From positions 448,001 to 512,000 of the forward strand of contig CAWIAD010000002.1 in NCBI GenBank assembly GCA_963833985.1: a stretch of 64,000 bases of DNA, given 5' to 3'. The position numbers were made by a program, and so were the translations under genes. This DNA is from an uncultured Planctomycetaceae bacterium. Its GTDB lineage: Bacteria > Planctomycetota > Planctomycetia > Isosphaerales > Isosphaeraceae. Below are positions 54,603 through 63,016 of the stretch, piece by piece (positions within the stretch are counted from its first letter, which is position 1; every line of letters begins with the position of its first letter). The notes beneath the pieces were generated by a model, which saw only the letters and a list, made by a program, of their open reading frames with translations, was not told the origin of the DNA and ran no database searches.

Positions 54603-56531
54603 TCAGGCCCCGGCGCCAGAGGACCTCAGCAACGGCACGATGTCGTGATGCCCGCGCTTCGTGGCCCACGCCAGAGGGGTTGCCCACGGTTCCGCATCCG
54701 CCTCCACGGGGTCCGCGCCGCGTTCCAGGTACAGTCGGACAAGCTCGACGCGTCCCCAGCGGCAGGCCCAGCCGAGCGGCGTCGAGTGGAGCAGCGAATC
54801 GCGTATCGTCAGCGACGCGCCAGCGTCGAGAAGCATCGCCGCGCGCTTGCAGTGCTCATTCTCGGGAGGCGCGAATGCCCCGCTGCGCCCCGCGACCGGC
54901 GTGGTCAGGTGATGGAGCATCGTGTAGCCGCCTTCGAAGGGTATATCGACATCGACTCCGTGATCGAGAACGAGCTTCAAACCCTCGGGCAGCCTGGCGG
55001 TCATGAGCACGCCATTCCACCACGGATCGTCGCGCTTTCGCGTGAGATGCGGCAGACACATCCGTATGAATTCCGGTTCACCGCCGCAGAGGAACTCGGC
55101 TGCTTGTTTGGCTGTTAAGGGCTCAGTGCCATCCAGACAGTACGCGGTCACGGCGCCGTCGAGAATCGCTCGAGCGATTTCCGGGTCCGCCACACTCTCG
55201 ACCGTGAGCCGCGCTCCGTGCTTGCGCAAGAGCGCCTTCATCTTCTCGTCTTCGGCTCTGCCCATCGAATCGCCACACGCGCAGACGACCGCATCGACGT
55301 CCGCGCCGCGTGTCAGCAGCAACTCGGCGATTTCGTGCCGGCCGCACATGGACGCGAACCAAAGAGGCATGCCGGAGCTTTCTCCGCCATCGAACTCATT
55401 GGGATCGAGACCGAGGTCGAGCAGCGTGGCGACCATGTCGAGCCGGTTCACGCGCACGGCGATCCCGAGCAAGCCTCCGCGGAAGATGTGGATCTCGTTC
55501 GGGAGCTGGCCTTCGCGATGCATCCGCAACGCAGCCTCGCGGTCGCCGAGGGCCACGGCTGCGCGGGGCGTGAACTCGGCCCCCTTCTCGAGCAGAAGGC
55601 GCGCCGTCTCGTAGAACCGCGCCGGATCGACATGCACGTTCTCCATGAAATAGAAAAACGAGGCGATTCCCTCCGGCGCCCAGCCGGCAACGATGGCCGC
55701 GAAATCGAGCGGTGTTTTGCCGCTTTTCGGCAGATCATCGCATCGTGGATCCGAGCGCGACGCGAGGGCGGCGGGCGAGGCGCCACGGTCGAGAAGCCAG
55801 CCCACAAGCGTGGGAGCGTGCTTCCAGGCCGCCAGATGCAGCGGCGTGATCCCATCAACGTCGCAAGCACCGATGAGCGCCGGGTCGGCTTCCATCAAGG
55901 CGATGGCCTCCGCGGCGCGGCCTTTGAAAATGGCCTGCCGCAGCGCATCGAACGCGTTGAGGGTGGATGCTGCCTCCTGGTTTGTTCGAGCGTGGCGATT
56001 TTCTTCCTCGCGCTCGATGGCCGCGACGATCTCGCTGTACTCGCGGTCGACGGCGATGGCATATGCCGAGGTCACGTCCCGGTGCGGCCAGACGCCAACG
56101 CGTGCGTCCGCCCCGAGCTGCATCAAGACACGGGTCAGCTCCTCATCGCGGCTCAGCACGGCGCGCCGCAGCGAGCTGTCGCGCAAACTGGTGTGTTGGT
56201 TGATCACGTCGGGACGGGTTTTGGCGAGCCGCCGCACAGCCGCCACATCACCGGCTTCGGCAACCGCGAGGAGTGCCGCGAAGTTCACGCCCTCTACGTG
56301 ATTCTTCAGCCCGGGCCAACTCGAAAAGCCGTAAGCTCGCGCCAGGACTCGCTGCGCGTCGGCCAAAGCGAAATTCGCTGGATCGCGACTCCCTTCGAAT
56401 CGCTCGATTTCGGCGACGGCTGCCTCCTCGCCGGCTCGACACGCCTCGAGCAGTTCCTTGGCCTGCTTGCGGAGCTGGGCGAGACTCGGCTCGTCCGGGA
56501 GAGTACGCGTGGACGGAGGCTGAGAAGACAT
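54603..56531 (-). CDS. Ankyrin repeat protein
   Basis: LPDEPSLAQLRKQAKELL N-terminus; GITPLHLAA, TPLGWA, TPLAWA repeats; AAGGAGG RBS. Confidence 0.9.
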   Translation of the reverse strand: MSSQPPSTRTLPDEPSLAQLRKQAKELLEACRAGEEAAVAEIERFEGSRDPANFALADAQRVLARAYGFSSWPGLKNHVEGVNFAALLAVAEAGDVAAVRRLAKTRPDVINQHTSLRDSSLRRAVLSRDEELTRVLMQLGADARVGVWPHRDVTSAYAIAVDREYSEIVAAIEREEENRHARTNQEAASTLNAFDALRQAIFKGRAAEAIALMEADPALIGACDVDGITPLHLAAWKHAPTLVGWLLDRGASPAALASRSDPRCDDLPKSGKTPLDFAAIVAGWAPEGIASFFYFMENVHVDPARFYETARLLLEKGAEFTPRAAVALGDREAALRMHREGQLPNEIHIFRGGLLGIAVRVNRLDMVATLLDLGLDPNEFDGGESSGMPLWFASMCGRHEIAELLLTRGADVDAVVCACGDSMGRAEDEKMKALLRKHGARLTVESVADPEIARAILDGAVTAYCLDGTEPLTAKQAAEFLCGGEPEFIRMCLPHLTRKRDDPWWNGVLMTARLPEGLKLVLDHGVDVDIPFEGGYTMLHHLTTPVAGRSGAFAPPENEHCKRAAMLLDAGASLTIRDSLLHSTPLGWACRWGRVELVRLYLERGADPVEADAEPWATPLAWATKRGHHDIVPLLRSSGAGA

Positions 56532-56783
56532 GATGTCCTCCTTTATGCGGCGATTGGCCGCATGGCTCGGTGTCCGCGTCGCGAGCCGAAAGAAGGTACG
56601 TTGGCAATCAATGGCAATGCATGAGTCAGGTGGGCTCAGCCCTTTCCGCGGACACAGTAGCGTCCTGAACGCTAGCGTCCAGTTTACCAGGGACGGTGCT
56701 CCCGACAAGCGTGACGTACGGGAAAGCCGAATGAGCCGGCTGCGGCTGTCTCGTGGTCGTCGCTTTCGGAGTCGCGCGGCCCC

Positions 56784-57160
56784 GGGGGCAAATGGGGCCA
56801 CCCACCTTCTGGCTCGGGGTGGCAAATGGGGCCACCCACCTTCTGGCTCACGGGCGGCTCGATCGTCGCATCCAGCGACTTATTGGCAGCGTCACCGCCG
56901 GAATTGGCCACTCGACGCAAACTGGAACGGATGGCAGAAGGGTCACCCATCGTCTGATATCTCAGACTGTGGGTGGCCCCGTTTTGTTCGCGGATGTGGC
57001 GGCGTGGTGGCCGGATGAAGAGGTCGTGCGGCGCCGTGGGAGACTCTTTCCGCCACGCGACAGGGCGCGGCGGGCACTGCCGGTCTCGGAGGCTTGTGGA
57101 TGCCAGAGGAGCCAACCATTGGCTGATATCTCAGACTGTGGGCGGCCCCGTTTTGTTTCC
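56784..57160 (+). repeat. Repeat A copy 7 (56784-56989) and short copy 8 (57099-57160) enclosing a RAYT internal fragment (56991-57097)
   Basis: Fragment DVAAWWPDEEVVRR.GRLFPPRD matches 60905-61010. Confidence 0.88.
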
Positions 57161-57296
57161 TTGGATAACCTGGCCGACTGGCGGCTGACATACCCGCGGC
57201 GTCAAGACTCGGTGGTACCGCAGTGCGATTTCCGGCCCGCTTACAAGGCCCAAGAACCGAGAATCCGCCTTCGGTTGCGATTCAGACGTGTGACGT

Positions 57297-58001
57297 TCAA
57301 GCAGCCGACACATTCCGGCGCCAGGCGTAGGCGCCGACAAGCCCGAGCAGACCGATGCCGAGTAGAGCGATGGACGAAGGCTCCGGGATTGGTCCCTGCG
57401 CGTTGCCAAACGTAACCGGCAGAACAAAACTTCCGCCGTAATAGGGTGGGCCGCCCGGACCAGGGCCAAAGGCGATCGTTCCCGTGAGCGCCCCTGGGCC
57501 ATGGAACGTACCAATGGAGTAATTAAAAGCGGAAAAATTCGTCGGTGCCAGCGTCGGGGGCGGAAACAACACAGGCGCTTTCACGGGGTTCACGTAAGGG
57601 ATGATGGGGCTGAAGGAAGAGGAATGAGTCGCGCCGACGATGCTCGCTTCGCCCCCCTGGCCAGCCGGTGGAGGGACGAACGTCCCTGAGAGAGAAATGT
57701 ACTCATATCCAAGCCCTTGGTAATTGTTGTAACCATTCTGAGCAACCAGATCCCCAGTCCCCGTGGATGTCCCGGTGATGGTAATCGAGTCGCTGAATTG
57801 CGTCACGGATTCCGTTGCGGTACCCGTAAAGAACCCATCGCCGTTCTCGAGGGGAAGGGCCGTAACCTGGATGACACCGTTGACCGCTTGAACCCCGTTC
57901 AGCGTGAACGGTATGGAGCCGGCCATCGCCGCTGACATTCCCCCGCACGTCGCCAGAATGACCAGTCCTGCCCTGGCGATCTCATAGGCTTGTGAGCACA
58001 T
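57297..58001 (-). CDS. PEP-CTERM exported protein
   Basis: IPEPSSIALLGIGLLGL...WRR tail; signal peptide; AAGGAG RBS. Confidence 0.85.
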   Translation of the reverse strand: MCSQAYEIARAGLVILATCGGMSAAMAGSIPFTLNGVQAVNGVIQVTALPLENGDGFFTGTATESVTQFSDSITITGTSTGTGDLVAQNGYNNYQGLGYEYISLSGTFVPPPAGQGGEASIVGATHSSSFSPIIPYVNPVKAPVLFPPPTLAPTNFSAFNYSIGTFHGPGALTGTIAFGPGPGGPPYYGGSFVLPVTFGNAQGPIPEPSSIALLGIGLLGLVGAYAWRRNVSAA

Positions 58002-58683
58002 TTCCATCTCCTTCGCGGTTTGCAGCGTAGTTGTTGAAATGTACCGACAATTCTTGCCGACCAACGATTCGAATGAACCGTTCTCGCAAGCAGGCCTGAT
58101 GTGACGGCCAGCGTTCTGGCCGCGAGGACCCGCTGACCGTTAGTTAAGCTCGGTCGAATCACAATGTCAACGGAAAAAGAGTCAATTGCAAAAAAATCGT
58201 GTGGGAACGGCGTAATTGCAAAACTGAACATCTCTGTGTATGCAGTGATCATAAAAAGACCGGCAATGCATTCTTGACCTGGGCGGTGGGATTCGGGTGG
58301 CTTGTGCGGACCTTGCTGGGAGGTCTGCTGATGACAAATGCCCGTGCGCATCTGGTGGATCCGACCGTGACCCGCTGGTATCACTGCATCACGCGGTGCG
58401 TGCGGCGGGCGTTCCTGCTGGGGGAGGGAGGGCTCGACCGTAAAGAACGGATCGAACGGCGGTTGCAGGAACCCGCGGAGATCTTGTCCGTGGCCGTGGG
58501 CGGGTGTCAGGCGACACTAAAACTGCCCCCCCTGACGACACTAAAACTGACCCCCTCCTATACACATGACGAGGAGGGGCTATGGACAAGTTGGGATCCG
58601 ATTTGGTCAACCTGCACAGTATGCAGGCGGACCAATCGGACGGAACGAGTGTCCACCTGCGAACCACGCAGGAGGATACCAGG

Positions 58684-59922
58684 ATGCTGCAACCGGGGGT
58701 CGTGGATCGGATCCACGAACTGTCCGGCCAAGGTTTCGGGAGCAAACGGATTGCTCGTGAGTTGGGGATCTCCCGTAACTCGGTCCGCCGTTATCTCGCT
58801 GGAGCCACGGTCGGCTTTCAAGAACGTCCCGCGGCGCGTCGTCTCGACGACGGCACGCTTCGCGAAGTGCACGATCTCTACGGTACTCTTGCCGAGGGAA
58901 ACGCCGTCGTCATTCAACAGGAGCTGGCCAGTCGGGGCATCCACGTCGAGTTGCGAACCTTGCAACGAGCCGTCGTTCCTCTGAGACAGGAACAGCGCGC
59001 TGAGGCTCTGGCCACAGTCCGGTTCGAGACCCCGCCGGGTCAACAAATGCAAATCGATTTTGGTGAGAAGACCGTGCGGATCGCAGGTCAGCCCGTGAAG
59101 GTGCACTTGATGACCGCGGTCCTGGGATACTCGCGCCGGATCTATTGCCGGGCATTTCTCGCCGAACGGCAGGATGATTGGCTCGAGGGAATCGACGGGG
59201 CATTCCGACATTTTGGCGGTCTCACAGAACAGATCCTCTGTGACAACGCGTCACCCTTGGTCGTCTCCCACGACCGCCAGTCCGGTGAGGTCGTGTGGAA
59301 TCCAGGCTTCGAGGCCTTCTGCCGCGATCGTGGAGTTCTTGCCAAGGCGTGCCGTCCCCGCCGCGCGCGAACCAAAGGCAAGATCGAACGGGGCGTCGGC
59401 TACGTCAAGCATAATGCCCTGGCCGGTCGTTCATTCGTTTCCTTCGCTGAGCTGGAACGACACCTGGCAAGGTGGCAGGTTGACGTCGCCGACCAGCGGA
59501 TTCATGGCACCACCAAGGAGCGTCCGGCTGTGCGCTTCGAGCGCGATGAACGAGAGGCTCTGGGGCCTCTGCCCACACGCCCTTTGCCGACGCGGACTCG
59601 TCGGTTGAAGCGTCGCGTGAGCACAGATTGCTTCGTTGATATCGATACAATTCGATATAGCGTGCCCTATCAGCATGTTCGAGAGACCGTCGAAGTGGTC
59701 GTCAAGGAGGAAGACGTCGAGATCTGGTTGCGTGGGACCTGCATCGCCAAACACATGCGGAGCCGCGAGCCCCGCGCCTGGGTTCGCAATCCGATGCACT
59801 TCGAGGGACTGTTCCGCCGCATGAGCGGAGCACAGGCTTTGCCTCCTCCCACGCCGAGCGATAACTCCGGAACCCGCCCGTTGTCAATCTATGCCGAACT
59901 GGTGGAAGGAGGCCGCCTGTGA
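58684..59922 (+). CDS. istA: IS21 transposase
   Basis: HTH; RFETPPGQQMQIDFG, LGYSR, CDN, TKGKIER. Confidence 0.95.
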   Translation: MLQPGVVDRIHELSGQGFGSKRIARELGISRNSVRRYLAGATVGFQERPAARRLDDGTLREVHDLYGTLAEGNAVVIQQELASRGIHVELRTLQRAVVPLRQEQRAEALATVRFETPPGQQMQIDFGEKTVRIAGQPVKVHLMTAVLGYSRRIYCRAFLAERQDDWLEGIDGAFRHFGGLTEQILCDNASPLVVSHDRQSGEVVWNPGFEAFCRDRGVLAKACRPRRARTKGKIERGVGYVKHNALAGRSFVSFAELERHLARWQVDVADQRIHGTTKERPAVRFERDEREALGPLPTRPLPTRTRRLKRRVSTDCFVDIDTIRYSVPYQHVRETVEVVVKEEDVEIWLRGTCIAKHMRSREPRAWVRNPMHFEGLFRRMSGAQALPPPTPSDNSGTRPLSIYAELVEGGRL

Positions 59923-60785
59923 ACCTCCTTGTTGACCCTGATGACCCGCAAGAGGAGCGGATCCTCGCGGCGCTGAAGCGGCTCCAGTTGACTCACCTGC
60001 GTGAGTCTCTCCCCGCAGTTCTGTCCGAGGCGGCCAAGGGGAGCTGGACCTACCTGGAGTTCCTCGATCAGATCCTGCGGCGCGAGATGGACGCCAAGCA
60101 GGGCAAGCGGATCCGGATGGGGATGCAGATCGCCCACTTCCCCTGTGTCCGGACCATCGAGGCGTTTGATTTCGCGTTCCAACCGTCCGTCGACGAGCGG
60201 TTGATCCGGGAGCTGTCGACCGGCAATTTCATCGCTCATGGTGAGAACGTGTTGATATTCGGACCTCCTGGAGTAGGAAAGTCTCATCTGGCCATCGGCC
60301 TCGGCCGAAAAATCGTGGAGCAGGGTCACACGGTTCGATTCACGACGGCCACAGCGCTTTTAGCGGCCCTGGCGAAAGCCGAGACGGAAGGAGGGCTCTC
60401 TGAGAAATTGACCGAGTTCTGCAAGCCTCGCTTGTTGATCATCGACGAACTGGGCTACCTGCCCTTCGAGCGTCGGGCAGCGCACCTGTTCTTCCAGTTG
60501 GTCAACCGCCGATACGAGAAAGGGAGCCTGCTGGTCACGACGAACCAGCGGGTTTCCGAATGGGGAATCGTCTTCGGAGACGAAGTGCTGGCGACGGCAA
60601 TCTTGGATCGGTTACTCCATCACAGCCACACACTTTTGATCACGGGAGAAAGTTATCGTCTGCGGGAGAAGCGTAAGAGCGGATTGATCCGATCGCGGTT
60701 GGCGAACGCCGACCCGGAGAAGCCCCACCTGGGGCCGGAGGTGACGATCGAAAAGGGACACGAGAAGGCCAGCAAGAACCGATAA
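59919..60785 (+). CDS. istB: IS21 helper ATPase
   Basis: GPPGVGKS, IIDELGYLP, AILDRLLHH, GESYR. Confidence 0.96.
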   Translation: MNLLVDPDDPQEERILAALKRLQLTHLRESLPAVLSEAAKGSWTYLEFLDQILRREMDAKQGKRIRMGMQIAHFPCVRTIEAFDFAFQPSVDERLIRELSTGNFIAHGENVLIFGPPGVGKSHLAIGLGRKIVEQGHTVRFTTATALLAALAKAETEGGLSEKLTEFCKPRLLIIDELGYLPFERRAAHLFFQLVNRRYEKGSLLVTTNQRVSEWGIVFGDEVLATAILDRLLHHSHTLLITGESYRLREKRKSGLIRSRLANADPEKPHLGPEVTIEKGHEKASKNR

Positions 60786-61010
60786 CAAGGGAGCATGCTG
60801 GAAGTGGGGATCAGTACACGTCCGAGGGGGTCAGAATTAGTGTCGCCTGACAGCGGGTTCGCCATCCTCGATAACCACCTGCATCTGCTGGTGCGGCTCG
60901 ACCCGGATGTGGCGGCGGGGTGGTCGGATGAAGAGGTCGTGCGGCACTGGGAGAGGCTCTTCCCGCCCCGCGACAAGACGTGGCGGGCCCTGCCGGTGTC
61001 GGGGGCTTGG

Positions 61011-61127
61011 GGATGGCAAAAGGGCCAACCATAGGCTGATATCTCAGACTGTGGGTGGGCCTATTTTGTTTCCGTTACCGGACCTGCGATCCGACAGAAT
61101 GTGGGTGGCCCCATTGCTCCCCCTTTT
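61011..61127 (+). repeat. Repeat A short copy 9 (61011-61073) and right-end variant (61095-61127)
   Basis: GGATGGCAAAAGGGCCAACCA...GACTGTGGGTGGGCC; GTGGGTGGCCCCATT. Confidence 0.85.
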
Positions 61128-61292
61128 GACCTGGCTGTCTACGCTTCGCAGGATGAGTTACCTCACCACCACGCAGGACTTGCTTCTGGCTGCTGGTCCG
61201 GCATTGCCAGGCGGGATTCGTACCCGCAGGGTTTCATCGAAAGGTTTCCGAGTTCGTGTCTCTTCCTGCTTTCCAGAGCTTTCCTGACGCAA
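61128..61292 (-). ncRNA. Probable 5' fragment (domain I) of a group II intron; no RT gene
   Basis: Minus strand begins TTGCG and contains GAAACCTTTC..AACCCTGCGGGT..CAGCAGCC.GAAGC.AGTC.TGCGTGG..GCGAAGCGTAGACAG, recalled from group II intron 5' regions. Confidence 0.55.
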
Positions 61293-61345
61293 GGACGTAG
61301 TTAGTTTGCTAAACGATCTGCGTTCCCGTTTCGGCTCCCTGCACT

Positions 61346-61654
61346 TTACGGCTGCCTGTGGAGCCGGGAATCCATCCAGCGCTTCAGCGACTGCTGGCTT
61401 TCGGCGGATCGACGACCCAGCAGTAGACCTTCCACGCTCACGTCCTCGTCAAGCGCGGGCCACTGAATTCCACTTCCACCCCCGATCAGCCGCCAGGCGT
61501 TTCGCTCGCTGGGCGCCGCGTGCCACAATCGCGGATACCAGGTCAGAGGCACGGTCAACGTCCGGCCATCGACAAGTTCGACAGAAAGGGCATCGTCCCG
61601 AATCTCGGCACGGCGAGCAAGGGGCGCTGCCGTCTCAGTTGTGGAAGAAGTCAT
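61346..61654 (-). CDS. DUF2442 domain protein (putative TA partner)
   Basis: VELVDGRTLTVPLTWYPRL, GIQWPALDEDVSVEGLL. Confidence 0.88.
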   Translation of the reverse strand: MTSSTTETAAPLARRAEIRDDALSVELVDGRTLTVPLTWYPRLWHAAPSERNAWRLIGGGSGIQWPALDEDVSVEGLLLGRRSAESQQSLKRWMDSRLHRQP

Positions 61655-61871
61655 TCCAGCTCCGGAGCAAAAGTTCCTGGTTCTCCGCGACAATGTCCAG
61701 AAGTCGCCCCAATTCCTTGCTGGAAAACCCATGGCTGCGTTCAAGCCGAACCGGGTCTAGCCAGAACTTGGCGGTGCATTCATCTCGCTCCGCGTGAATA
61801 TGCGGCGGTTCGTCACGATCCCCGGAGTAAAAGAAGAAGCGGAACGGTCCGTCGCGAAAAGCGGTCGGCAT
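61635..61871 (-). CDS. DUF4160 domain protein (putative TA partner)
   Basis: FRFFFYS..EPPHIH...AKFWLDPV. Confidence 0.88.
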   Translation of the reverse strand: MPTAFRDGPFRFFFYSGDRDEPPHIHAERDECTAKFWLDPVRLERSHGFSSKELGRLLDIVAENQELLLRSWNDFFHN

Positions 61872-62331
61872 CGTTCGATTTTACCAGATCAAGATCATTG
61901 CTCGCATCTTCCCGGTGCAATCGGCCGAATCAAAGCGAACCGAGACGGGGACGGAGTGCAAACGGGGATGCAGCTCGGGGGTAGAAATGGGCGCGTCGCT
62001 CGTTCACCAAACTGATCGCGTTCCCCGTTTCGGCTCCGCGTCACCGCTTCGGCTCCGCCAAACAAAGTAATCTCCCCTGCGATCAAAGTAATATCCCCTT
62101 TGGCCTCACAAAACGTAGCGGCGATTCGCTATGTCCCCCTGGATCACGATACTTCCAGCCACGCTGCCTGAGCTGCCAGGCCTGCATCCGTCGCCACTCC
62201 CTGAGATCCATGTGGCCAGTTCTGTCAACGTCCATGCCACATTATACTAGGCATAAAGGGACGGGCAATGCATTCTTGACCCGAGCGGTGGGATCGGGTG
62301 GCCTGTGCGGATCTTGCTGAGAGGTCCGCTG

Positions 62332-62983
62332 ATGACGGTTGCCCGTGCGCATGTGGTGGATTCGGCGGTCACCCGCTGGTATCACTTGGAAAAAAAATGG
62401 AAAAAAAAGGACATGGAAAAAGGAAAAAAAAGGACAGGCATTGTTGCTTGCCCCGAGACGCTTGCGAGACGGCCATGCCTGTCCCTTTCTTCTCCTTTCT
62501 TCTGTGCCCGAGGCGAGCGCCCATACGTCGATCAAGGAACGGGTGGAGCACGTTCAGGAGCAGGGGCGCGCCGAGGACCTGAAGGCCGCCGAGGCCGGCA
62601 GTGTGGCAGGATCGCAGGCGGCGGAGGGACTGGAAGAAGGGCTGTGGCTGTGCCCGATCGAGGACCGCAGGAGGCTGGACTCGGACTCGGGTCGCGGTCG
62701 CGAAGGGATGGTCGAGGGGTTCTCGCTGGGGAACTATCTGCTGCTGGTGGACTACACGGGGCGGCTGTTTCGCGAGGGGAAGGCGGCGATCTCGGCGGAG
62801 CTGGCGGGGATCCTGGAGCGGCTGGGGAGCAATGCCGAGACCTGGCAGGCGCGGCTGCTGAAGCTGGCCGGCGGTCGGCTGCTGGGGCGGTTCTTTGCGG
62901 CGAGCCGGGAACGGCTGCGGGAGATTGCGGGACGGCTGGGGCGCCATCACCTGGCGAACCTGGGCGGGTGCGCGGTGAGGTGA
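62332..62983 (+). pseudogene. RAYT-like transposase with its central region replaced by palindromic element C
   Basis: MTVARAHVVDSAVTRWYH (62332-62386), 117-bp insert, then VPEASAHTSIKER...GGCAVR (62504-62983). Confidence 0.85.
62387..62503. repeat. Palindromic element C with stuttered ends
   Basis: GGACAGGCAT / ATGCCTGTCC inverted pair; repeated GG-A(5-8) units on the left and CCTTTCTTCT x2 on the right. Confidence 0.8.
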
Positions 62984-63016
62984 TGACGAGGCGGTGATAC
63001 GCGTGATGCGGCGCGA

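Larger units (their letters stand above)
58505..60852 (+). mobile_element. IS21 family insertion sequence
   Basis: Ends TGTCAGGCGACACTAA / TTAGTGTCGCCTGACA; internal repeated CGACACTAAAACTG; 5-bp GCGGG duplication. Confidence 0.95.
58331..61010 (+). pseudogene. 5' half of RAYT-like Y1/HUH transposase, interrupted by IS21 and truncated by repeat A
   Basis: TRWYHCITRCVRRAFLLG; removing the IS restores VGG-FAILDNHLHLLVR (HUH motif). Confidence 0.85.

Noticed and set aside
40056..61127. Classical integron with attC sites
   Set aside because: No tyrosine recombinase; repeat ends lack RYYYAAC/GTTRRRY; cargo genes lie in both orientations
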